Shown: one piece after another, positions 8,407 through 18,070 of the stretch | How the letters are laid out: the number at the start of each line of letters is the position of its first letter | Numbering within the stretch: position 1 is the first letter of the stretch | Virus record (IMG/VR): IMGVR_UViG_3300037560_000207 | Span: 96,001-160,000 of that record | DNA from: a virus | Length of the DNA: 64,000 nt | Direction: 5' to 3' (one strand) | Made by a program: the position numbers and the translations under genes | The notes under the pieces: model-generated | What the model saw: only the letters and a program-made list of their open reading frames with translations | What the model was told of the DNA's origin: nothing | Database searches by the model: none

Positions 8407-8582
8407 TGAAGAAACTAAAACACACTGTAACTGCTTGTGAACATTGTGGTAAACGAAGACGTAAAAAAGGAGATGATTCGGAATATTGTCCAGCGATGGG
8501 TGGACTAGTTCTTTTAGCCAGGGTGGGAACATATATATCTGGTGGTCATTCATGGATTAGAACAACAAAGAGAATACGATAA
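8406..8582 (+). CDS. hypothetical Zn-binding protein
   Basis: TAATG coupling; CEHC..C. Confidence 0.5.
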   Translation: MKKLKHTVTACEHCGKRRRKKGDDSEYCPAMGGLVLLARVGTYISGGHSWIRTTKRIR

Positions 8583-8583
8583 A

Positions 8584-8811
8584 ATGAAAAAGCAAAAAAC
8601 AGTTAAAGCTTGGGTTTATCTTGATAAACTAAATCCAATCCGTTGGAAATGGTTTTGTTTTCCGTTTCTTAATGTAAAAATGGAAGGGTCAACAAAAACA
8701 CCTATGGGCGCTAAATATGCGGCAAAAAGAACTATTGAACGAATTAATTGTAAAGCTGAAATTAAAATTTTATGGCCTAAATTCTCTCTGGAGAAATCAC
8801 AATGCAATTAA
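8584..8811 (+). CDS. hypothetical protein
   Basis: ORF in operon. Confidence 0.5.
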   Translation: MKKQKTVKAWVYLDKLNPIRWKWFCFPFLNVKMEGSTKTPMGAKYAAKRTIERINCKAEIKILWPKFSLEKSQCN

Positions 8812-9365
8812 TACACTATCCTAATCCTATTTTACTTCAACCATGTAAAACTATTTATGGATCAACAAGAGATCAAACAGGAGATCAGACCCCAAAAAAT
8901 AGATCACAACTTGCCACCGCTATGTGGAAAATTATGGATGACCATAATGGTATAGGCTTAGCTGCACCACAAGTTGGTTTGAATATCCGTATGTTTGTAT
9001 GGAAGAAAAATGGTTGTAATCTAGCTATTTGGAACCCGGTATTCACATGGCTTAGTGGCGAAGCCAATTCTATAGAAGGATGTCTATCATTGCCTGGAAT
9101 ACAAGTAACAATAAAAAGAGCTACTCAAGCAACCCTAAGTGGAACCGATTATAGAGGATGGTCCACAAAAAATAAACCAATATACGCCCGAGGTATTGGA
9201 GAAGGAATTACAATTGTATCAGATTTAGATTCCCTCGAAGAAACTCGAATCTGGCAACATGAAATTGATCATCTAAATGGTCAATTAATCATAGACAATA
9301 TGAGTCGTGAAGATACAATTACTAACAGAGACGCTTTGAGAACGCTGTTAAAAAATGCTATATAA
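8802..9365 (+). CDS. def: peptide deformylase
   Basis: All three PDF motifs present: GIGLAAPQVG, EGCLSLPG, QHEIDHLNG. Confidence 0.95.
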   Translation: MQLIHYPNPILLQPCKTIYGSTRDQTGDQTPKNRSQLATAMWKIMDDHNGIGLAAPQVGLNIRMFVWKKNGCNLAIWNPVFTWLSGEANSIEGCLSLPGIQVTIKRATQATLSGTDYRGWSTKNKPIYARGIGEGITIVSDLDSLEETRIWQHEIDHLNGQLIIDNMSREDTITNRDALRTLLKNAI

Positions 9366-10116
9366 CACAGAAAATATAGAATCTATCCGGGTAGCTAATC
9401 AAGCAGTCAAAGAAGCACTTGATGGCGTTGAAAGTCTCATAGCCCCAGGTATAACAACTATGAGAATCAATGTAACGATCGAAAAAATCCTTCGACGTAT
9501 TGGCGCAGAATTCCTTTTCGTTGGGCAACGTATATTAAATACATTAACACCATTCCCAACCGCCGCTTGTGTCAGTGTTAACGAAGAAGTTGTACATGGC
9601 GTCCCAAATGATTACTCATTAATAGAAGGAGATATCGTTAGTATAGATTGTGGAACAAAGATTGCTGGATGGTGTGGTGACTCCGCAAGAACATGGGCTG
9701 TCGGTCATATTAATAAACCTTCACAAAAATTAATCAAGGCAACACGCAAAGCGCTCGATATCGCTATAGCCAAAATACGTCCAGGCTTACCATGGAATCA
9801 AATAGCGATGTTAATTCAAGCTCAAGCCAAACAATCTGGCTTTGATATTGTGCGAGATTTCTGTGGACACGGTATCGGACGTAAGCTACATGAATTACCA
9901 AGCGTCCCAAACCATACTAATAATTTCATGCTAGACTTTATTTTAGAACCAGGACTTGTAATAGCGATCGAACCAATATTTACCACTGGAACGTACCATG
10001 TCATACAAAAGACACCCGGAGAATGGCCTGTCGTAACGAGGGATGGAAAACGATCAGCCCATTTTGAACACACAATAGCTGTAACAAGCAATGGCGTAGA
10101 TGTGCTTTCTGGTTAG
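9355..10116 (+). CDS. map: methionine aminopeptidase type I
   Basis: SVNEEVVHGVP, SIDCG, GDSART, GHGIG..LHE.P, AIEP, SAHFEHT; all five metal ligands present. Confidence 0.95.
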   Translation: MLYNTENIESIRVANQAVKEALDGVESLIAPGITTMRINVTIEKILRRIGAEFLFVGQRILNTLTPFPTAACVSVNEEVVHGVPNDYSLIEGDIVSIDCGTKIAGWCGDSARTWAVGHINKPSQKLIKATRKALDIAIAKIRPGLPWNQIAMLIQAQAKQSGFDIVRDFCGHGIGRKLHELPSVPNHTNNFMLDFILEPGLVIAIEPIFTTGTYHVIQKTPGEWPVVTRDGKRSAHFEHTIAVTSNGVDVLSG

Positions 10117-10481
10117 GTTTCATTATGATGTTCGGAATGGACACGTTTCAAAAATGACACAAAGAAAAAATTACTACATTAAAAAACAAAGATAGAATGT
10201 CAGAAAAAACAAAAAAAAGATTTTTCAAAATTTTCTTGGAGCGCTTTTGACGTTTTTGCACTCTCTATACTAATAGTTTCTGATCTTTTTCAAACCGATA
10301 CATCAACGAGACAGAATACCAAATTAGAGTAATGGTTAAAATGTATTGTAATTATCGATATGTATCACTATCGCAACATCCTATAAATTTCTTTGTCTTG
10401 CTTAGACCAATAGTTTATTCACTATTAGAAGGATGGTAATCAATCCAAAAAACAAAAATCCAATATGCGCGGAGATCAAAA

Positions 10482-10721
10482 ATGGAATGTTTAGTCTGCC
10501 ACCAAAAAATAAAGTCTGGGGAACAAATATTTTTTGGAAGTCAAATGAGATGTTGTGGCTTCGGAGAATACGATTGTAGCTATTCGGGGGCCTTAGACGA
10601 ATTGGTGGGTGCGTTACACCTCTCTTGCCTTAAGAGTCCAATAGCGGTTATTCCTGAGCCTGCTGAGGAATCGGAATTGGTGGTTCAGAGGTCAAATGCA
10701 TTGGGTATGTTTGATTTATAA
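10482..10721 (+). CDS. hypothetical Zn-binding protein
   Basis: GGAG SD; CLVC...H..C. Confidence 0.6.
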   Translation: MECLVCHQKIKSGEQIFFGSQMRCCGFGEYDCSYSGALDELVGALHLSCLKSPIAVIPEPAEESELVVQRSNALGMFDL

Positions 10722-10751
10722 TTTTAAAGCTATACTTGATTGGTAGAATTT

Positions 10752-11405
10752 ATGTCGAAATTTATTGATTTGACGAGACAAAAGTTTGGGAGACTTGAAG
10801 TATTAAAACGGGTTGAAAACAATAAACAGAATAAGCCTCAATGGTTATGTCAATGTAATTGTGGAAATAAATCAATCGTTTCTGGTGGTAATCTTAAAAA
10901 TGGTAGTGTAAGAAGTTGTGGATGTTTACAAAAAGAAAAAGTTATAATCAATAATATTAATAAAACAATACACAGCCATTGTCGAAATAGAAAATCAACT
11001 GGATTTTATAATTCGTGGCATCAAATAATTCAAAGGTGTACTAATCCTAATAACGAAGCTTATCATAATTACGGTGGTCGAGGGATTATTGTTTGTAAAC
11101 GATGGTTAAAATTTGAGAATTTTCTTAAAGATATGATAAAAAGATGGAAACCTGGATTACAAATTGAACGGAGAAATAATAATAAAGGATATTATAAAAA
11201 GAATTGCAAATGGGCTACCAGGAAACAGCAAGCTAGAAATAGACGAGACAATCTTTATGTTTCTTATAATGGAGAAAATAGACTTTTTGTAGAATTATAC
11301 GAAGAACATAACATGCCTCGTAAAATTGTGCATAATAGATTTTATAATTATGGATGGACCATAAGAAGAGCTTTAACAACACCGGTAAAAAAGCGGAGTA
11401 AATAA
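10752..11405 (+). CDS. free-standing HNH-like homing endonuclease, family A copy 2
   Basis: DLTRQKFGRL..WLCQCNCG..SCGC..YGGRGI.VC.RW..QIERRNNNKGY...NCKWAT. Confidence 0.8.
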   Translation: MSKFIDLTRQKFGRLEVLKRVENNKQNKPQWLCQCNCGNKSIVSGGNLKNGSVRSCGCLQKEKVIINNINKTIHSHCRNRKSTGFYNSWHQIIQRCTNPNNEAYHNYGGRGIIVCKRWLKFENFLKDMIKRWKPGLQIERRNNNKGYYKKNCKWATRKQQARNRRDNLYVSYNGENRLFVELYEEHNMPRKIVHNRFYNYGWTIRRALTTPVKKRSK

Positions 11406-12860
11406 ATGGTTGAAATTGGCATAAAAGACAAGGTCGCAGCCATATTTCATGAGCGAGGAACTATCGTTGATAAGAGTATGTCTAAATGGAATGATCAATG
11501 GAAAAAATTGCCCTCTTTTGTAATCGATTATTTAATCGCAGAAATGGTTAGTCCTACGGACCCAGTTCCTGGACTGGAACGCATCAGTCGGTTGTTGAAC
11601 GACCATTTTATGGAGTCAGATCAAAAGGAATTAATTAAAAGTAAAATTAGGGAACAAGGAAAATACAGTCTTATTGGTCGTATACGCTGTAGATATGATG
11701 AAGGTAAGGACGAGTATTGGGTTGATATATCTTGTTTGGGTAATCAATATATCAGAATTGACCCATATATTATCGCCGAATATGGAGAAATTCTATTGAC
11801 TACAGGTTGCTGGGGAACATTTACTATTATATATGATACATCTTATGTTATGCGCAAGAAATTGTATCCTTTTCTCATTATTGAATTTCGACCGATCCAA
11901 ATTACCGGAATAAATCTCGATACCTGGATTAAACGTCGAGCACAATTCAATGACGACGAATGGCTTAATCTGATGGTAACTAGCATTGGTTTTGATCCAA
12001 ATTGTCTTGCTCAAGAAGAAAAATTGTTATTGATGATTAGGCTTGTGCCATTAATCGAAGCTAATGTTAATTTTATTGAATTAGGCCCCCCGGAAACAGG
12101 CAAGACTTACACCTATCAATCTCTCAGCTCCCATGGATTCGTAATTTCTGGAGGCCAGACTACTGTAGCATCGTTATTCTATGACAAATTACGGCGACAA
12201 CTTGGTCTAGTCGGATATAAAGATGTGGTTCTTTTCGATGAATTTGCTGGTGGACGTACTGGTAATAAATGGTCAGGTCAAGGTGCCTTAATAGATACGT
12301 TGAAGGACTTCATGAATTCTGGTCGCTTTGGTCGTGGGACAGCAGAATTCGCTTCAGACTGTTCAATTATGTTTGCGGGTAATATCGACTGTGATAGACA
12401 AAAAAAGACGGTGTCTGCTCGGTATCGCAATTTGTTTGCCCCACTGCCTCAAGTTATTTGTCAAGATAGAGCATTTCTGGATCGTATTCATGGATTTATT
12501 CCAGGATGGAAAATTCCTCAGATACGAGAATCCCAGTTTGCTAAAAGTCACGGATTTATGGCCGATTATTTAAGTGAGATTATGCATCGCATGAGGGATC
12601 GGAATTATGCACCGGTGATTCTAAACAATGTAGATTTTGGGTCAATGGCTCAGCGTAATCAACGATCGCTTGTTCGAATCGGCTCTGGTTTATTGAAATT
12701 GATGTTTCCTCACAAAACATCAGAAACAATTACATTTGAGGAATTGAAAACGGTACTTGATGTTGCGGTTGATTTAAGGGAGAGAGTAATTCAACAATTG
12801 GCGGTAATTCTACCAACAGAATTTAGTGGTGTTAAATTATCTTATAATATAAAGGAATAA
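11406..12860 (+). CDS. brxL: BrxL-like (TIGR02688-type) AAA+ protein lacking the Lon protease domain
   Basis: ELGPPETGKT Walker A, VLFDEF Walker B, LKDFM.SG.F.RG, AFLDRIHGFIPGW; ends at 484 aa without a Lon domain. Confidence 0.8.
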   Translation: MVEIGIKDKVAAIFHERGTIVDKSMSKWNDQWKKLPSFVIDYLIAEMVSPTDPVPGLERISRLLNDHFMESDQKELIKSKIREQGKYSLIGRIRCRYDEGKDEYWVDISCLGNQYIRIDPYIIAEYGEILLTTGCWGTFTIIYDTSYVMRKKLYPFLIIEFRPIQITGINLDTWIKRRAQFNDDEWLNLMVTSIGFDPNCLAQEEKLLLMIRLVPLIEANVNFIELGPPETGKTYTYQSLSSHGFVISGGQTTVASLFYDKLRRQLGLVGYKDVVLFDEFAGGRTGNKWSGQGALIDTLKDFMNSGRFGRGTAEFASDCSIMFAGNIDCDRQKKTVSARYRNLFAPLPQVICQDRAFLDRIHGFIPGWKIPQIRESQFAKSHGFMADYLSEIMHRMRDRNYAPVILNNVDFGSMAQRNQRSLVRIGSGLLKLMFPHKTSETITFEELKTVLDVAVDLRERVIQQLAVILPTEFSGVKLSYNIKE

Positions 12861-12866
12861 ATGTAA

Positions 12867-13121
12867 ATGGGAAATAAATATCCAGAATGTGAAAAAATGG
12901 CAGCAATCGCAGATAAGTCACAAATTATTAATGACTTCATAGAATGGTTTATGAATAAAAAAGATATTTTTGTTTGCAAATTCGACGAAGGAAGTAATGG
13001 ATATTATGTATGGGGTTATAGTATGGAAAAAATATTAGCAGAGTTTTTTGATATAGACTTATATAAAATTGAAAAGGAAAGGCGTCAGATGCTTGATGAA
13101 ATAAGGGGGAAAAATGAGTAG
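12867..13121 (+). CDS. hypothetical protein
   Basis: ORF in operon (YPECEKM....KSQ.I.DF.EW). Confidence 0.6.
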   Translation: MGNKYPECEKMAAIADKSQIINDFIEWFMNKKDIFVCKFDEGSNGYYVWGYSMEKILAEFFDIDLYKIEKERRQMLDEIRGKNE

Positions 13122-13431
13122 TAAAGATACATTTATAAATAATGTAGCTCAAACAATTGAATTTAGGAAACAAATTCCTGCATCAATATTGAAGGGATCA
13201 ATTTTTAGGCATTATGGTGAATCTCCTGATCCAGCAGGATTATGTGATGGTGGCGATTATATACAAGAAATACAAATACGAGTTGAGAATAAAAATGGAG
13301 ATATCTTTTTGTCCATCAGTCCAATGGAGGGAGGCGAATGGTGGTCAGGTACAATTAGTTGGGGAGAATTTTTCAATCTTTTGATGGAAATGATAAAGAG
13401 TAGTGATAAATTCAAGTATTATAAACGGTAA
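13114..13431 (+). CDS. hypothetical protein
   Basis: Overlapping start, GGGGG SD. Confidence 0.55.
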   Translation: MSSKDTFINNVAQTIEFRKQIPASILKGSIFRHYGESPDPAGLCDGGDYIQEIQIRVENKNGDIFLSISPMEGGEWWSGTISWGEFFNLLMEMIKSSDKFKYYKR

Positions 13432-13450
13432 TTTTATTGGAGAATGAAAA

Positions 13451-13699
13451 ATGGAACGAACGGTTAAATGTCCTATTTGCGGTAAGCCTTATGTGACCTA
13501 TTCACATTATGTAGGAGATCAATCGGCATGTCTAGACTGTAGGCAAGAAGCTGGTTCTGTAGGTAATGGAAAAACCATCAGATGCCCAATTTGTGGAAAA
13601 TCATATGAGTTTTTCTCACATTATGCTAGAGATCAATCAGCTTGCCCAGAATGTCGTGGAAAAGCAAGGGGTAAGTTAAAATGGAAATATATAAGTTAA
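13451..13699 (+). CDS. protein with two tandem Zn-ribbon repeats
   Basis: CPICGK.Y...SHY..DQSAC..CR occurs twice. Confidence 0.7.
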   Translation: MERTVKCPICGKPYVTYSHYVGDQSACLDCRQEAGSVGNGKTIRCPICGKSYEFFSHYARDQSACPECRGKARGKLKWKYIS

Positions 13700-13719
13700 T
13701 CAAACAAGAGGGAAATTAA

Positions 13720-14091
13720 ATGAGTCTAGCGTCGTGGAAAAGAGAATTTTATAGAACACCGGCAAATAAAGTATCAAAAAAATATGCACTTCAACATTCA
13801 TTAAAGAAATGGGTTGGACTTTTGCCTAAGAATAGAGTAAAACATAATGTTAAACTTAAAAATGATATTCTATACGATAAAGAAAATAGTGGTTTTGTTT
13901 ATATGTTAAGTATTGATTCATCCTCATGTTCATTGTGTGAATGTCGTGGTGGTTATTGTTATGAATGTCCATTGCGATCATGCCATGCTGCATATTTTTC
14001 AATGTATAGGAGTAATCGAGTAATGCCGATGATAAGTCTTATTAAAAGAGCTATGAAAAGGAATAGAATCATAAACCAAACTAAAGGGTGA
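13720..14091 (+). CDS. hypothetical Cys-rich protein
   Basis: GAGGG SD; CSLC...CYECPL..C. Confidence 0.6.
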   Translation: MSLASWKREFYRTPANKVSKKYALQHSLKKWVGLLPKNRVKHNVKLKNDILYDKENSGFVYMLSIDSSSCSLCECRGGYCYECPLRSCHAAYFSMYRSNRVMPMISLIKRAMKRNRIINQTKG

Positions 14092-14095
14092 ATAT

Positions 14096-14734
14096 ATGCC
14101 TAGTAAAATAAACTTAATTGGTAAACAATTTGGAAGACTTCTAGTTGTAAAAAAAGCTGGTATTGCTAAAACCAATCAAGTTCTTTGGTTATGTTTGTGT
14201 AATTGCGGGAAAACAACAACCGTTTATGGTGGAAACCTTTCAACCGGCCATACAAAAAGCTGTGGGTGTCTTGATATAGAGAAAAAAATACAAAGAGCAA
14301 CTAAACATGGCTATGAAGGGTCTAGAATTTATATAACATGGAATTCTATGATTCAACGATGCACTAATCCAAAAAGAAAAAATTATCCAAATTATGGTGG
14401 TCGTGGAATTAGAGTCTGTGAAAGATGGTTAAAATTTGAAAATTTTCTTGCAGATATGGGAGAACAACCATTAAATCGTCAGATAGATAGAATAAACAAT
14501 AACGAAGGATACTATCTAGAGAATTGTCGCTGGGCCACAAGAATACAACAAGCTAGGAATAAACAAAATAGTTGTATGGAAACTTATAAGGGAAAAACCC
14601 AATGTATGTCTGCGTGGGCAGAAGAATATAATATTTCATATCATGTTTTACGCGATAGAATAGGTAAATTAGGTTGGTCAATAGGAAAAGCTTTAATCAC
14701 CCCAATAAGAAAACTTAAAAGGAAAAGGAAATGA
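14096..14734 (+). CDS. free-standing HNH-like homing endonuclease, family A copy 3
   Basis: Same family motifs (QIDRINNNEGY..NCRWAT); stop overlaps the thyX ATG. Confidence 0.8.
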   Translation: MPSKINLIGKQFGRLLVVKKAGIAKTNQVLWLCLCNCGKTTTVYGGNLSTGHTKSCGCLDIEKKIQRATKHGYEGSRIYITWNSMIQRCTNPKRKNYPNYGGRGIRVCERWLKFENFLADMGEQPLNRQIDRINNNEGYYLENCRWATRIQQARNKQNSCMETYKGKTQCMSAWAEEYNISYHVLRDRIGKLGWSIGKALITPIRKLKRKRK

Positions 14735-15558
14735 GTGGATTTGTAACAGAACCAGAAGTTGTTCTCGTAGGAAAACCAGTAATTGAAATCGATGGAGTCA
14801 TGAAATTTCTCAATGACCATGGATATATCTGGCCGGAATTGACGGATAAGATTGAGTCAATGATTTCACTCGGGGATGATGATAGTGAATGGCTTGTAGA
14901 GATGGCTGGAAGGATGTGCTATCAATCATGGGCAAAACAAGGCGAAGCATCAAAGGGCAGGACTCACGAAGAGCATGTTAAACATCTAATAGAAGTAGGT
15001 CACGGTGCGGCAATAGAACACGCTAACTTTAATTTTATTATCTGGAATGTATCTCGTAGTCTGACCCACGAATTGGTTCGTCATCGGATTGCATCATATT
15101 CTCAGTTAAGCCAACGTTATGTGAATTCGTCTAACGTAGTTTTCGTCGTTCCTCCAGCTATTCAGGAATTAGCAAAAATTGATCCCGAGGCTTATCAGAC
15201 ATGGATGGATCATTGTGAGCAGTCTCTTCAACTTTACGAAGAACTTACCACCAAATTATCGGACCTGTATGAGGATATTGAAAGTAAATTGGAAAGGCGC
15301 AAAAAAGCTCGTCAGGCAGCAAGGTCTATACTTCCAAATGCTACAGAAACTAAAATATTTTTGACTATGAATTCTAGAGCCCTTCGTCATCTTATCGAAC
15401 TTCGAGCAAGTTCAGCCGCAGATGTTGAGATAAGAAAATTAGCTGTTAAGGTGTGTCGTATCTTACAAGATAAAGCTCCACTGTTTGCTCATGGGCTTGG
15501 TATCGTCAAGCTTCCAGATGGAACGGAAAGTGTTGATTCAATTTATCGCCGTGTGTAA
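14731..15558 (+). CDS. thyX: FAD-dependent thymidylate synthase
   Basis: GH.A.IEH, SRSLTHELVRHR.ASYSQLSQRYV signature, ARSILPNAT.T. Confidence 0.95.
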   Translation: MSGFVTEPEVVLVGKPVIEIDGVMKFLNDHGYIWPELTDKIESMISLGDDDSEWLVEMAGRMCYQSWAKQGEASKGRTHEEHVKHLIEVGHGAAIEHANFNFIIWNVSRSLTHELVRHRIASYSQLSQRYVNSSNVVFVVPPAIQELAKIDPEAYQTWMDHCEQSLQLYEELTTKLSDLYEDIESKLERRKKARQAARSILPNATETKIFLTMNSRALRHLIELRASSAADVEIRKLAVKVCRILQDKAPLFAHGLGIVKLPDGTESVDSIYRRV

Positions 15559-15573
15559 AAAAAAGAAAACTTA

Positions 15574-15603
15574 GGAAACAGAAATTAAGGTTGGACGTAT
15601 AAT
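15574..15603 (+). promoter_or_regulatory. class-1 (ECF-like) promoter
   Basis: GGAAAC-N16-CGTATAAT upstream of the xer-clpP-sigma operon. Confidence 0.65.
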
Positions 15604-15619
15604 AAATGGAAGGGTTATT

Positions 15620-16537
15620 ATGCCAATATCAGTTATAGATGAGTTTGAGATATATCTTCGTACCGAATGCGGTCTATCTCCCAATACAATTTTCGCATAC
15701 CTTAATGATGTTAAAGAATTTTTAGATTATGTTGGAAAAGAAACATTCACCGCCCAATTAGTAGAAGACTTTATAAATTATCTAGGGTCAGAAAGACGGC
15801 TTGAAGGACAACTTAAAGATATAAGTATTCGACGACATTATATGGCAATTAGATGTTTTTGTCATTATTTTATTAGTTTGAATCGTCTCGATCCAAAGAT
15901 TTTAGGTATGCTTAACTCGGTTCGTGTAGAAAGGAAAACCCATGATGTCTTGGAACCTCAAGATGTGGATGCTCTCATATCAATTATTAAAAGTCGTACA
16001 CCCCTATCTAGAACCACTAACATTCGCCGGGATGTCGCTATTGTATTAATATTATATTCTAGCGGTCTTCGAGTATCAGAATTATGTGGTCTAAACATGG
16101 GAGATATCAGTCTGGCTGAAAAGGAAATACGAGTAAAGGGTAAAGGTAATTGTGACAGAGTAGTACCTACCACATCAAAATGTATTGAAGCAATTAAGTC
16201 ATATCTTTGTTTAGATCGTCTAGCTCAATTAAATCCAGAATCTAATACTAATGCTATATTTATCAAATCTAACGGAAAACGGATTACACGTCGAGCCATT
16301 ACTGATATGCTCACATCATTATCTTGTCGAGCAGGTATAAAACATACCAATGCTCATATGTTGCGAAGAAGTTGTGCTACACTACTCATGAGACGTGGCA
16401 TGGATTTAGAATTAGTACAAGCTTTGCTGGGTCATCAAAATTTATCAACAACACAAGCCTATTTAACTGTCGGTCATGATTGGCTTATGAAGATTCATAG
16501 AGAATGTCATCCTTTTGGAGAAAAGAATGAAGATTAG
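15620..16537 (+). CDS. XerC/XerD-family tyrosine recombinase
   Basis: RD.AI..LYSSGLRVSEL, KGKG..RVVP, HMLR, LLGH..LSTTQ.Y. Confidence 0.9.
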   Translation: MPISVIDEFEIYLRTECGLSPNTIFAYLNDVKEFLDYVGKETFTAQLVEDFINYLGSERRLEGQLKDISIRRHYMAIRCFCHYFISLNRLDPKILGMLNSVRVERKTHDVLEPQDVDALISIIKSRTPLSRTTNIRRDVAIVLILYSSGLRVSELCGLNMGDISLAEKEIRVKGKGNCDRVVPTTSKCIEAIKSYLCLDRLAQLNPESNTNAIFIKSNGKRITRRAITDMLTSLSCRAGIKHTNAHMLRRSCATLLMRRGMDLELVQALLGHQNLSTTQAYLTVGHDWLMKIHRECHPFGEKNED

Positions 16538-17168
16538 TAAGAAAAAGCAACAAGACTCTACAGACCCTCAAGTAAAACCCGAATCTTGTGTTTCCATTCC
16601 AACAGATGACATAATCGAAAATTTTCTTTTACGAACACGTCGTTTATTATTAGTTGGTGAGATTAATGAAGTGTCATCAACTTATGTTTGTAATTATTTG
16701 CAGGGATTCTCATTAATAAATGAGCCAGTATATATGTATATAAATAGTCATGGGGGATGCTTAGCTTCAGGATATGCTATTGTAGATCAAATGTTAGCAT
16801 GTGGCTGTCCTGTTTACACCATTGTTCGTGGACAAGCACATTCGATGGGTGCAATAATTGCTGCGTTTGGTACAAAGGGACATAGATATGCTACTCCAAA
16901 TTCATCTATTATGCTGCATTCAATTACTATTCAAAATCCACCAAGCTCTATTGAACATCACATAGAAGCGATAACTTACATACAAAATGATTATCGAAAG
17001 AAAATAACCGATATGGCCAAAAGATTAAAATTAAATACTAAACAATTGATGGAACTAATGAATGAAACTAAATGGATGTCACCCAAACAAGCAACAGAAA
17101 TTGGTTTAATTGATAAGATTTGGACACCACGTATGGAACAAACGGTTAATAAAGGTCTCTCAAAATGA
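16527..17168 (+). CDS. clpP: ClpP protease proteolytic subunit
   Basis: YINSHGG..ASG.AI.D, AHSMG (Ser), PNS.IMLH (His), WMSP..A..IGLID. Confidence 0.9.
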   Translation: MKISKKKQQDSTDPQVKPESCVSIPTDDIIENFLLRTRRLLLVGEINEVSSTYVCNYLQGFSLINEPVYMYINSHGGCLASGYAIVDQMLACGCPVYTIVRGQAHSMGAIIAAFGTKGHRYATPNSSIMLHSITIQNPPSSIEHHIEAITYIQNDYRKKITDMAKRLKLNTKQLMELMNETKWMSPKQATEIGLIDKIWTPRMEQTVNKGLSK

Positions 17169-17677
17169 TGAAACGGAAACGTCGTGTTACTCAAGCATAT
17201 TTTAAACTTGCTTATCATCAATATACACCCTTGATACAACAACTCGCATTTCGAATGGGTATCAATAAAACACAGGTGGAAGAATTAAAGGTCCAAGCCG
17301 CAGAAGAACTGCTTAAATGTATGATTTGCTATAATCCTAGTAATTTATTCATAACATTTTTCTATGGTAGATTAATTGATATTTTTAGACACATGAAGGA
17401 CACAGAAAAAAGAGCTAGACGAATACAAACTATGTCACTGGATTCTATGACAAACGTGGCTGGACCTGATTACGATATGGATTCCCATATGATGGTAGAA
17501 GAAGTTTTGGAATATCTTGACAAAGATGAACGAAGTGTTATTACAGAACTTTTCTTTAACGGAAAAACGATGAGAGAAATATCTAACGAACGTGAAGTTG
17601 TTACCTCAACTGTTTATCGTATAAAGATTAGGGCAATAAATAAAATAAGACAGAAATGTCAAATGGGGTGGGAATAA
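17165..17677 (+). CDS. sigma-70 family (ECF-like) RNA polymerase sigma factor
   Basis: Region-2-like KY.P...F.TF.Y and region-4 HTH L...ER.VI...F....TMREI......TV.....RA..KIR. Confidence 0.75.
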   Translation: MMKRKRRVTQAYFKLAYHQYTPLIQQLAFRMGINKTQVEELKVQAAEELLKCMICYNPSNLFITFFYGRLIDIFRHMKDTEKRARRIQTMSLDSMTNVAGPDYDMDSHMMVEEVLEYLDKDERSVITELFFNGKTMREISNEREVVTSTVYRIKIRAINKIRQKCQMGWE

Positions 17678-17680
17678 ATT

Positions 17681-18010
17681 ATGGCAAACGAAAGGGGTCG
17701 TAACAAAAAGAAAAGAGAACAAAAGAAAATTAAACGACTAGAGCGTTTACTTAGCCTCAATTTATGTGCTTGTGGCGGTGGGCATCAGCTACAATGTCGT
17801 GGGGCGTGTAAAGAAGCTCACACTAATTCTAAGACCAAAGAAGTTGAATGTAAAGAAATGTATCAAATTGATCGTTCGGCGGTAAAATTGGGTGGTCCTC
17901 GCCGACCAAAGCGTACCTGGAAATATGGCCGTCAAAAAGATGGCGACGAAAAAAGAGAAGCTAAAGATAGGCGGAGAGAGAAACGGGAAAGAGATCAATT
18001 ACAACGGTAG
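17681..18010 (+). CDS. highly basic hypothetical protein
   Basis: K/R-rich ORF following the sigma gene. Confidence 0.55.
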   Translation: MANERGRNKKKREQKKIKRLERLLSLNLCACGGGHQLQCRGACKEAHTNSKTKEVECKEMYQIDRSAVKLGGPRRPKRTWKYGRQKDGDEKREAKDRRREKRERDQLQR

Positions 18011-18014
18011 TCTA

Positions 18015-18024
18015 GGTGTATAAG
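18015..18024 (+). promoter_or_regulatory. class-2 promoter motif GGTGTATAAG
   Basis: Intergenic; matches the motif upstream of three minus-strand genes. Confidence 0.5.
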
Positions 18025-18070
18025 TTCTTAACGAGTTTTGTTAATTTCAAGAAAGTAGGAGGATGAAAAA

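Noticed and set aside
10121-10150. Antisense class-1-like promoter (TGAAAC...CATAAT) pointing into map
   Set aside because: The -10 lacks the CGTA/GGTA core and spacing is off by one; likely chance in AT-rich DNA
10247-10271. Sigma-70 promoter TTGACG...TATACT
   Set aside because: The spacer is only 13 nt
11406-12860. Complete BREX system
   Set aside because: No pglX, pglZ, brxA, brxB or brxC nearby
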